Below are positions 43,028-51,097 of a stretch of DNA of 64,000 nucleotides, piece after piece (the first letter of the stretch is position 1; the number at the start of each line of letters is the position of its first letter). The stretch spans positions 4,965 to 68,964 of the forward strand of contig DAONDZ010000003.1 in the NCBI GenBank assembly GCA_035402825.1. Reading direction: 5' to 3'. The DNA comes from a bacterium (lineage in GTDB: Bacteria > Patescibacteriota > Patescibacteriia > Patescibacteriales > UBA12465). The notes under the pieces were generated by a model. It was not told the origin of the DNA. It did not search any database and was given only the letters and a program-made list of their open reading frames with translations. The translations under genes were made by a program, and so were the position numbers.

Positions 43028-43600
43028 ATGTGGCAAATACGTCTACACGGCCGGGGCGGCCAAGGAGTGGTCACCGCCGCTGAATTAATCGCCATCGCCG
43101 CTTTTCATAACGGCTACGAATCGCAAGCTTTTCCTTTTTTTGGGGTAGAAAGAAGCGGCGCTCCTATTCAAGCTTTTGCTAGAATCAGCCAGCAGCCGAT
43201 TCAGTTGCGCGAACACATCTATCAGCCAAACATCATTATCGTCCAAGACGAAAGCTTGCTCTCCGCTACCGATGTTTTATTTGGAGCCGACAACAACACC
43301 AAGTTGATTATCAACACCAAAAAAACACCGACGGAAATGGCCAATCGGATTAAAGCCGACAAAGCACAAAGCTTTAAAATAAAAGCCAAGAATATCTACG
43401 CTGTCGACGCCACCACTATCGCTCTGGACATTTTCGGCCGCAACTTAGTCAACCCGATTATTCTCGCCGCCTTTTCCCGCTGCACCAAGATAATTGACCA
43501 AGAGGCGATTATCAAAGCGATTAAAGAAAAGTTTGCGGATAAAGGACCGGAGGTAATTAAAAAAAATATGGCGGCCATTACCCGCGCCTATGCTCTCTAA
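43028..43600 (+). CDS. porC: Pyruvate/2-oxoacid:ferredoxin oxidoreductase gamma subunit
   Basis: IRLHGRGGQGVVTAAELIA; 190 aa. Confidence 0.9.
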   Translation: MWQIRLHGRGGQGVVTAAELIAIAAFHNGYESQAFPFFGVERSGAPIQAFARISQQPIQLREHIYQPNIIIVQDESLLSATDVLFGADNNTKLIINTKKTPTEMANRIKADKAQSFKIKAKNIYAVDATTIALDIFGRNLVNPIILAAFSRCTKIIDQEAIIKAIKEKFADKGPEVIKKNMAAITRAYAL

Positions 43601-43609
43601 TTTATACCT

Positions 43610-43873
43610 ATGAAAAAATCTATAGCTCTCAAACCAGCCGGTTCACTCAATAATCATACTGGTTCTTGGCGTCTCACCAGGCCGATAGTGGATTTCAAAA
43701 CTTGTATTGGCTGTTCTTTATGCGCCAAAATTTGCCCGGATGGCTGCATTGACATGGTGAGCCACGGCGGCAAATTAAAATCACATATCAACTACGACTA
43801 TTGCAAAGGCTGCAATCTTTGCGTTAAAGAATGCCCGGTTAAAGCCATCAGCTCCATACCGGAAAAAGAATAA
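43610..43873 (+). CDS. porD: Pyruvate:ferredoxin oxidoreductase delta subunit (2x[4Fe-4S])
   Basis: CIGCSLCAKICP and CKGCNLCVKECP cluster motifs; 87 aa. Confidence 0.9.
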   Translation: MKKSIALKPAGSLNNHTGSWRLTRPIVDFKTCIGCSLCAKICPDGCIDMVSHGGKLKSHINYDYCKGCNLCVKECPVKAISSIPEKE

Positions 43874-43877
43874 TCTT

Positions 43878-45038
43878 ATGAAAGACAAAAATCGCCAAAT
43901 ATTAGAAGGCTCGCGCGCTATTGCCTTAACCATTAAAAACATCGCCCCGGATGTTATTTCCGCCTATCCGATTACTCCCCAAACTCATATCGTGGAAGAC
44001 TTGGCCAAATTCAAAGCGGACGGCTTAGCTAATTATGAATATCTCCGTGCCGAAAGTGAATTTGCCGCCGCCTCTATAGTTCTCGGCGCCAGCGCCGCCG
44101 GCAGCCGGGTTTATAGCGCGACTAGCTCTCAAGGTTTATTACTCATGACCGAGGTTATCTTCAGTATTACCGGCCTGCGCCTGCCCATAGTCATGACTTG
44201 CGCTAATCGCACCATCTCTTCTCCAATTAATATTTGGAACGATCACCAAGACATCATGGCCTTAACCGCTTCAGGCTGGATAATGCTTTTTGCGGAAACT
44301 AATCAAGAAGCGGTCTTCCAACACATCTTAGCCTACAAAATAGCCGAGACTACAAAATTACCGGTGATGGTTAATGTGGACGGCTTTATCCTCACTCATT
44401 CCTATGAACCCCTATCCATTCCGGAGGCGGGGAAAATAAAAAAATATTTGGGCCAATATCACCCGGCGGCCGGCACCTATTTGGACACCAAAAATCCGGT
44501 GACTCTCGGTTCTTTTGTCAGCCCCAAAGACTATTTTGAAATCCGCCAAGAGCTCAATGATGATTTAATAGCTAGCCTAAAAACTATCAATCAAGAATAT
44601 TTTAAATGTCATAAAGCCCTGGGCACATCTGGAACTAAAAATGAAAATGGTTTGTTTGAATACTATGGTCCTCGAAACGCCAAAACAATAATCATCGCTC
44701 TGGGCTCAGTCATTGGCACCATCAAAGATGTGGCTGATCAGCAAAAGAACGTCGGGGTGATAAAAATCAAATGCTTTAATCCTTTCCCCTATCAAGACTT
44801 AGCTAAAATATTAAAATCAGCTAAGCAAATCGCTATTTTAGAAAAAGCCACCAATCTCGGTTCAGCCGCGCCGCTCTTTTCTCGAATTTTGCCGATTCTG
44901 AACCGTGATCAGGTAGCCAAAAGCTATATTGCCGGTTTGGGCGGCCGCGATATCACTCAAAAGATGATTCAGGGGATAATAAATGATATAATGAAGACAA
45001 AGAAAACTAGCTTAGATTCTAAATTTGTTAATAAATAA
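43878..45038 (+). CDS. porA: Pyruvate:ferredoxin oxidoreductase alpha subunit
   Basis: GSRAIALTIKNIAPDVISAYPITPQT; 386 aa. Confidence 0.9.
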   Translation: MKDKNRQILEGSRAIALTIKNIAPDVISAYPITPQTHIVEDLAKFKADGLANYEYLRAESEFAAASIVLGASAAGSRVYSATSSQGLLLMTEVIFSITGLRLPIVMTCANRTISSPINIWNDHQDIMALTASGWIMLFAETNQEAVFQHILAYKIAETTKLPVMVNVDGFILTHSYEPLSIPEAGKIKKYLGQYHPAAGTYLDTKNPVTLGSFVSPKDYFEIRQELNDDLIASLKTINQEYFKCHKALGTSGTKNENGLFEYYGPRNAKTIIIALGSVIGTIKDVADQQKNVGVIKIKCFNPFPYQDLAKILKSAKQIAILEKATNLGSAAPLFSRILPILNRDQVAKSYIAGLGGRDITQKMIQGIINDIMKTKKTSLDSKFVNK

Positions 45039-45048
45039 AATAAAATAT

Positions 45049-46323
45049 ATGAACCAGGCTAAAATAATTCTTTCCTTCGCAATTACTATTCTTTGTCTCA
45101 GTTTTTTCCTGCCGGCCAACAACGCCCTAGCCACCGACCTCAATCGCTGCAACAGTGTGGCCACTGGAGGCTGCGGCGGTAGTTTGCCCGTAGAAAGCAC
45201 TAACCCAACTTCAGACTGTGCCTGGCAAGCCTCCACTGAAGGCTGTTGTACTAATGGAACTGGCTATTTCTTTATCAGTCCCGGAGCCGCTTGCCCCAGC
45301 CAATACCCCACTCCCGTAGCTGACCCTAATCAATGCGCTCAATACTATAACAGCAATCCCAATTTCAAATGCTGTTGTCCGGCTGTATCCGGCAATACCT
45401 CCAGCTTATGCCCGGAAGATGAAACCTTCTTACCCAAGAATCTCACTTTTGATCCGCAAATAACCATTCCGGGCTCTCCTTTTCAAGAAGGCCAAGGCTA
45501 TGAATTAAAAAATGACACCAGTGCTATTGGTGAATACATCCGAGCTTATTACCAATATGGTTTAGGTATTGTGGGTATCGCCGCCGCTATTATGCTCATG
45601 ATTGGCGGTATTATCTGGCTGACCGCCGGTGGTTCCAGCTCCAAAATAGAACAAGCTAAAGATATTATTACCAGCAGTCTTATCGGTATGTTTTTGCTAT
45701 TTGGCAGCTGGATAATATTGAGAACCATTAACCCTGATTTAGTGGAATTAAAAACTACTGCTATTAGCATGATTGAAAAACCAACTTGCTGCGAATATCC
45801 TAATCCGGATAATCCTAATGGCGGCAATGTAGCCGGATCATTCTTCCCTTCTTCTTGTACCAAAATGAGCGGCCATTATTTCCCGGGCAAAGTAGCCGAC
45901 CTCACCAAAACCAAATGTGTGGACGGCGGTTGCTGCTTAAGAATCTCCCGCGCTATCCGGCCGGCCACTTTAGTGATTAGCGCTCCTTTCAAAGCGTTTA
46001 AAGACGCCTGGAACAATGCTTCAGCTTTGGTTTCCGGAGATCCTCTGCCGCCGAGCTCAATATTTGAATATTCCTTTGATGCTTGGGATTCAATACCGGA
46101 AACTTGCAGCTCGGAATTAGTGAGCGATATCAACGCCGTGGACGCCGTGCTCTCCGGATTATTTGCCGGATTCACTGCCAGTGATATTAATCACAACGAA
46201 GTATTCTACAAAGAAAAATGCTCTTATCTAATGTGCTGCGTCGGCAAAAACTATGGCGACCTCTGTCTTTCTAAAGACAAAGAACCAGGCGTATGTCAAA
46301 ATGATGTCTGCGTTACTGATTAA
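45049..46323 (+). CDS. Secreted Cys-rich protein with a central VirB2/TrbC-like two-helix membrane module, inserted between porA and porB
   Basis: A signal peptide (MNQAKIILSFAITILCLSFFLPANNALA) and ~24 Cys, including CC/CCC doublets. The central segment is GIVGIAAAIMLMIGGIIWLTAGGSSSKIEQAKDIITSSLIGMFLLFGSWIILRTINPDL. The ATG at 45049 is preferred over the TTG at 45025. Confidence 0.75.
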   Translation: MNQAKIILSFAITILCLSFFLPANNALATDLNRCNSVATGGCGGSLPVESTNPTSDCAWQASTEGCCTNGTGYFFISPGAACPSQYPTPVADPNQCAQYYNSNPNFKCCCPAVSGNTSSLCPEDETFLPKNLTFDPQITIPGSPFQEGQGYELKNDTSAIGEYIRAYYQYGLGIVGIAAAIMLMIGGIIWLTAGGSSSKIEQAKDIITSSLIGMFLLFGSWIILRTINPDLVELKTTAISMIEKPTCCEYPNPDNPNGGNVAGSFFPSSCTKMSGHYFPGKVADLTKTKCVDGGCCLRISRAIRPATLVISAPFKAFKDAWNNASALVSGDPLPPSSIFEYSFDAWDSIPETCSSELVSDINAVDAVLSGLFAGFTASDINHNEVFYKEKCSYLMCCVGKNYGDLCLSKDKEPGVCQNDVCVTD

Positions 46324-46327
46324 AAAT

Positions 46328-47248
46328 ATGGCTAAAACTGAAATGAATAAAAGAATATATCCGGGTCATAACGCTTGCGCTGGTTGCGGCCAATTAGTGG
46401 CCGTCCAGGCTGTGATGCGAGCGCTAGGCAACGAAAAAGTTATTATCGCCAATGCCACGGGCTGTCTGGAAGTCACCACCACCGCCTATCCTCAAACTGC
46501 CTGGGGATTACCTTGGTTACATTCCCTATTTGAGAATCCGTCTTCCCTAGCTTCCGGCATTAAAGCGGCGCTCAAGAAACAAAAGAAAGATGATGTTAAA
46601 GTCATTGTTCAAGCCGGCGATGGCGGTACCTTTGATATTGGCCTAGGATTAATTAGCGGCGCTTGGGAACGCGGCGATAATTTTATCTATATTTGCTATG
46701 ACACCGAGGCCTATTCCAACACCGGGGTCCAAGCTTCCGGGTCCACTCCTTTAGGAGCCAGCACCACCACTTCTCCCAACAGTGATTGTCCGGAAGTTAA
46801 AACCACTTGCCCCTTAGTCCCCGGATCCACTCAAGCCAAAAAAGATATGCTGGCCATTGCTCTGGCTCATGGACTGAAATATGTCGCCCAAGCCAGCGCC
46901 GGCTATCCAGATGATATTACCAGGAAAATAAAAAAAGCTTTGGCTGTCGATGGCCCCAGCTATATCCAAATATTCAGCCCTTGTGTCTTGGGCTGGAAAA
47001 CAAAATATGACGAAGCGGTTAATCTCGGAAAACTAGCAGTCCAAACCGGACTATATCCGCTCTTAGAATATGAAAACGGCCAGTTGATGGCGGTTTCTAA
47101 ATTGCCGGCCAATAATCCGAAAGTGGAAGAATATCTAAAACTCCAAGGCCGCTATAGTCATCTCTTAGCTGACAGTCGTTATCAATCTACGGTTTCTTTA
47201 ATTCAAAAAACTGCCGATAATAATATCAGTAAATATGGTTTACGCTAA
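46328..47248 (+). CDS. porB: Pyruvate:ferredoxin oxidoreductase beta subunit (TPP-binding)
   Basis: GHNACAGCG and the TPP motif GDGGTFDIGL. The start was set at the ATG at 46328, 5 nt after the upstream stop. Confidence 0.9.
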   Translation: MAKTEMNKRIYPGHNACAGCGQLVAVQAVMRALGNEKVIIANATGCLEVTTTAYPQTAWGLPWLHSLFENPSSLASGIKAALKKQKKDDVKVIVQAGDGGTFDIGLGLISGAWERGDNFIYICYDTEAYSNTGVQASGSTPLGASTTTSPNSDCPEVKTTCPLVPGSTQAKKDMLAIALAHGLKYVAQASAGYPDDITRKIKKALAVDGPSYIQIFSPCVLGWKTKYDEAVNLGKLAVQTGLYPLLEYENGQLMAVSKLPANNPKVEEYLKLQGRYSHLLADSRYQSTVSLIQKTADNNISKYGLR

Positions 47249-48857
47249 ACAAAAGAAAAAGATAGCCGTTATCTGCTTATTTTTATTAGCTTTTATTTTT
47301 TGCCAAGCTCCAACAGCCAACGCGGCGATTACTGGCGATGATCAAGTTGATTGCCCGACCGCCACGGCTACGGAAGTCTTAGTTTATTTCCACGGCCTTT
47401 TAGCTCCCACCTATACTGACAACGGTCCGCAATGGACTTTGCAAGAAAGCATCAACACTTTCTATTCCGAATTAAATAAAATCCGAGCCGTCCGCCCTGG
47501 AGTAGCCGCCGGACATTTTAATTACACCACTTCGGCTCAAACCGCCATTAATGCCGTCAAAAGCCAATGTAATATCACCGGCCAGGTGCCGGTGGTTTTA
47601 GCCGCTCATAGCGCCGGTGGAAAACAAATCCGTCCGGCCGGAGCTTTAGCTGACAAATTGATATTAATAGACGCTGTCTATTGGGATCCTTCCGCTCTAT
47701 TTAGTTATTGCTCCAAGATCCGGATAATAGACGGATCATCAACACAAGAAAATACTCCGGCCTTAGTTAGTAATTGCCAATCTGATGCCAGTTTCAAATA
47801 TGTTGATAATAGAACTAGCAGTATCAACCACTTTGCCGCCCGCAGCTATCTCAGCTCTTTCTATCTGGACTCCACGCCGGTAGCCGGCGGCGGAGCGCAA
47901 GCAGCGGCCGCTGCTCCAGAGAAACCATTCGTAGTTAACAACCCCTTAGAAAATTTACAAGTAGTTATTCCCGGGTTAGACAAAATAATTGCCAACAATC
48001 CAGCCACCTGCACTACCACCGACGGCAAAACGACCTGCAGTCTTCCTTGGATCGCTCAGTATATTAAAGGCATCTATAATTACGCTTTGGCCATCATCGG
48101 CGTTATCGCCGCCATTGCTTTAATGATTGGCGGCGTTCTCTGGCTAGTTTCAGCCGGCAATGCTTCTCGGATATCGACGGCTCAAAATTGGATCGCCGGC
48201 AGTCTAACCGGTATTTTAATTATGATGACTTCTTATATTCTGTTAAATGAAATCAACCCGGATTTAATCGGGTTGAAGCCGGTGACTTTAAAAATAATTG
48301 AAGAAATCATGCCGGATACCACCGACGCCTTATCTATCGCTAATCCCTCTTTAGACCCCAGCACTTGGGTACCGATTCCTAGCAACCCCACTATTTGCCC
48401 AAACGCTGTGAGAGCTAACCAACCGATAGTAGATAAAATTATAGCCGCTACCGATTGTATGGCAGCTAAAGGATTGATGATTGAAATCGGCGGCGGGTCC
48501 AGAACCGTTCTAAGACAAGCGGAAATTTATGACGAAAGATATAACCACCCGGCTAATCAATGTAATAAAGCTGGATTGAAACCGGGTTATGCTATCGCCT
48601 GCTGTCCTTATCCTTTAGGAGAAAAAATCTGCCCCCACAATTCCGGTTCGGCTTTTGATATCAGAGCCGTGACAGTTTGCGGCATTACCCAAAAAGATTT
48701 ATCCAATCAATATATTCTGCAAGATTGTATGCAAGCAGCCGGCGCTTATTTATTAGACGCTGAGTGCTGGCATTTTGAATCTCCGCAGATTTCTCCATAC
48801 TCTAAAAGCCAAGTGGGCAACCACAATGATAACTACTGCAAAGATTGGCCGAAGTAA
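47235..48857 (+). CDS. Three-module exoprotein: alpha/beta-hydrolase-like, VirB2/TrbC-like two-helix module, and M15/LAS peptidoglycan peptidase
   Basis: A signal peptide ending in TANA. Hydrolase motifs YFHG and AHSAGG. The two-helix segment IIGVIAAIALMIGGVLWLVSAGNASRISTAQNWIAGSLTGILIMMTSYILLNEINPDL. LAS motifs GGGSRT..Q, HNSGSAFD (Hx6D) and ECWHFE. Confidence 0.78.
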   Translation: MVYAKQKKKIAVICLFLLAFIFCQAPTANAAITGDDQVDCPTATATEVLVYFHGLLAPTYTDNGPQWTLQESINTFYSELNKIRAVRPGVAAGHFNYTTSAQTAINAVKSQCNITGQVPVVLAAHSAGGKQIRPAGALADKLILIDAVYWDPSALFSYCSKIRIIDGSSTQENTPALVSNCQSDASFKYVDNRTSSINHFAARSYLSSFYLDSTPVAGGGAQAAAAAPEKPFVVNNPLENLQVVIPGLDKIIANNPATCTTTDGKTTCSLPWIAQYIKGIYNYALAIIGVIAAIALMIGGVLWLVSAGNASRISTAQNWIAGSLTGILIMMTSYILLNEINPDLIGLKPVTLKIIEEIMPDTTDALSIANPSLDPSTWVPIPSNPTICPNAVRANQPIVDKIIAATDCMAAKGLMIEIGGGSRTVLRQAEIYDERYNHPANQCNKAGLKPGYAIACCPYPLGEKICPHNSGSAFDIRAVTVCGITQKDLSNQYILQDCMQAAGAYLLDAECWHFESPQISPYSKSQVGNHNDNYCKDWPK

Positions 48858-49259
48858 TTAATCCCCTCTATCCATGGCTTCGTTAGCCAGAGAATCAGCC
48901 ACGGCATTAAGGGCGCGAGGAATATGAGTGAAGGTAATTTTTTTGAATGATAGTGACAAATTATAGATTTCCAAAAACAAAGGCGCCAAGTCTTTGTTTT
49001 TTACTTTATACTCCCGGTTCAACTGTTTGACGGCTAACTCGCTATCCAAATAAAAATCTAACTCGGTGCCGCCTAATTCTTTGGCCTTTTTAACTCCGGC
49101 TAAAATAGCTCGATATTCGGCTTGATTGTTGGTGGCCACGCCTAAAAATTCGGAGATCTTATCAATCACCTCTTTTTTTTCGTTATAAATAACCACTCCG
49201 ATTCCGGCCGGACCGGGGTTGCCCCGAGCGCCGCCGTCGGTATAGATAGTTAGTTTCAT
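48858..49259 (-). CDS. rnhA: Ribonuclease HI family protein
   Basis: IYTDGGARGNPGPAGIGVV, NNQAEYRA, DSEL and ADSLAN provide the DEDD residues; 133 aa. Confidence 0.88.
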   Translation of the reverse strand: MKLTIYTDGGARGNPGPAGIGVVIYNEKKEVIDKISEFLGVATNNQAEYRAILAGVKKAKELGGTELDFYLDSELAVKQLNREYKVKNKDLAPLFLEIYNLSLSFKKITFTHIPRALNAVADSLANEAMDRGD

Positions 49260-50983
49260 AAATTAGTTTTTTTTAAATCAATTATTCTCAATTGGACTTC
49301 ACTTCTTCCATTATAGCCGTTTATATCTAAATAATAAACCAGGTCCACGGTATCACCAATTTGCAAATGGCTATAAGCCTCGCTCTTGAAGAAAGCGATG
49401 GCCCAAATTGATCCTAGACGAATTTTGATATGTTGATTGTCGCCGCCCATATTGACTATATCATTAATGGTGGCGCCATAAGTGACAAACTTAGGTTGAG
49501 GATTGCCTTGACCAAAGGGAGATAGCAATTCTACTTCTCGCGCTAAATCTAAATCTATTTCCGACAGCTTTAATTCTAAATCAATACCTAGCTTAGGCGA
49601 TAATTCCAATCCCTGCAATTTAACAGCGGCAATCTTTTTCATAGCGGCGGTAAAACCATCTAATTTTTCTTGAGAATAAATAGAGAAACCGGCCGCGCCA
49701 GGATGACCGCCGTACTTATCCAAATTTTCCTTAGCCTCTTCAATAGCTGAGATTAGATTAAACTCTTCAATGCTCCGCCCTGATCCCTTAAAACCATCGG
49801 CAGTGGAGGTAATAATCAAAGCCGGACGATAATATTTTTCGCAGATTTTTCCGGCCACCAATCCGATTACTCCTTCATTCCAACCTTCTTCAAAAATGGA
49901 GCTCACGCCAATGATAATATCGGGAACATTTTCTTTATCAATCTGCGCTTCCACCTCCCCCATTATCTTCTCGGTTATTTCTTGGCGGGAAATATTCTTT
50001 TGATTAAGCTCCTGGGCCAACAGACTAGCCTCAGCCTCATCTTTAGTCAAAAGCACCGATAAAGCATTGCTGGCATTTCCTAAACGGCTCGCGGCGTTAA
50101 GACGCGGTCCAATTTGAAAACCTAAACCCCAAGCATCAATCTTTTCGGCTTTAGATTTAATAACCTTAATTAGTTCTCTAACCCCCAATCGCTTAAACTT
50201 ATTAATCTCCAATAGCCCCTTCTTCACCAGAATCCGATTCTCTCCCAAAAGCGGCATCATATCACTCACTGTGCCCATGGCTACTAGATCCAAGACCTTG
50301 TCTTCCAATTGTTTTTTAGTTTCTTCGTCTAATTTTGATTTAGCTAATAGGGCTTGAACCAGCTTAAAAGCCACGCCCACTCCGGCTAAATTGCGGGTGG
50401 GATAATCTTGACGTTTGTCGGTGCAATTAATGAATAAACAGCTGGGAATTAATTTTTCGTCATCCGGCAAAGCATGATGATCGGTGATAATAATATCCAA
50501 ACCTAAGTTTTGAGCATAAAGAACTTCTTCGTAGCTGCGCGTACCGTTATCAACCGTAATTATTAACCGCGAACCATTAGCCGCAATCTTTTCAATCGCC
50601 CCCTTATTCATACCGTACCCTTCCGATACTCTGTCCGGCAGATAAGCATCCACTCGGGCCTTGAAAAGAGTCAATATTTCCCAAAGAGCGGCAGTGGAGG
50701 TCACCCCATCAGCGTCGTAATCGCCATAAATAGTTATTAAATCCCCGGCTTTGATATGGTTAATAATCAAAGCCACGGCCTTTTCCATGTCGGAGAATAA
50801 AAAAGGATCGAACTGTTTTAAATAATCTGCCCGCGGCAAATCAGCCAACAGAAAAGCTTCCAAGGCTGCCGGCGTATCAATTCCCCGCAAGGCTAATAGC
50901 TGCCGCAAAACTAAAGAATACCGGTTATTTTCCAAAACCGAAGCGGCCGCGGGGGCTAATTGCCATCTTTTAGTGACGGTCAT
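49256..50983 (-). CDS. recJ: Single-stranded-DNA-specific exonuclease RecJ
   Basis: DHH motifs (YGDYDADGVTS, ITVDNG, IITDHH) and a DHHA1 domain (GGHPGAAGF). Confidence 0.92.
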   Translation of the reverse strand: MTVTKRWQLAPAAASVLENNRYSLVLRQLLALRGIDTPAALEAFLLADLPRADYLKQFDPFLFSDMEKAVALIINHIKAGDLITIYGDYDADGVTSTAALWEILTLFKARVDAYLPDRVSEGYGMNKGAIEKIAANGSRLIITVDNGTRSYEEVLYAQNLGLDIIITDHHALPDDEKLIPSCLFINCTDKRQDYPTRNLAGVGVAFKLVQALLAKSKLDEETKKQLEDKVLDLVAMGTVSDMMPLLGENRILVKKGLLEINKFKRLGVRELIKVIKSKAEKIDAWGLGFQIGPRLNAASRLGNASNALSVLLTKDEAEASLLAQELNQKNISRQEITEKIMGEVEAQIDKENVPDIIIGVSSIFEEGWNEGVIGLVAGKICEKYYRPALIITSTADGFKGSGRSIEEFNLISAIEEAKENLDKYGGHPGAAGFSIYSQEKLDGFTAAMKKIAAVKLQGLELSPKLGIDLELKLSEIDLDLAREVELLSPFGQGNPQPKFVTYGATINDIVNMGGDNQHIKIRLGSIWAIAFFKSEAYSHLQIGDTVDLVYYLDINGYNGRSEVQLRIIDLKKTNL

Positions 50984-51097
50984 AATTTAATTAGAATCCG
51001 AAACTGACGGTCCAGGCCAGCATGCTGACCACAACCATAGTGGAAATAATAATCCAAAAAACCTTTACCACTTTTTTGCTTTTCATAAGTATCTTAA

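Noticed and set aside
45025-45048. TTG-initiated extension of the Cys-rich ORF overlapping the porA stop.
   Set aside because: The ATG at 45049 gives a textbook signal peptide directly and removes the overlap.
46253-46327. Upstream extension of porB into the preceding gene.
   Set aside because: The conserved PorB N-terminus starts after the ATG at 46328 (MAKTEMNKRIYPGHNACAGCG), and the extension overlaps the upstream CDS.
50987-51085. 32-aa hydrophobic mini-ORF (MKSKKVVKVFGLLFPLWLWSACWPGPSVSDSN) between lepA and recJ.
   Set aside because: It is too short to support from sequence alone and has no clear RBS. It may simply be the lepA-recJ spacer. It is worth a check only if ribosome profiling or conservation data exist.
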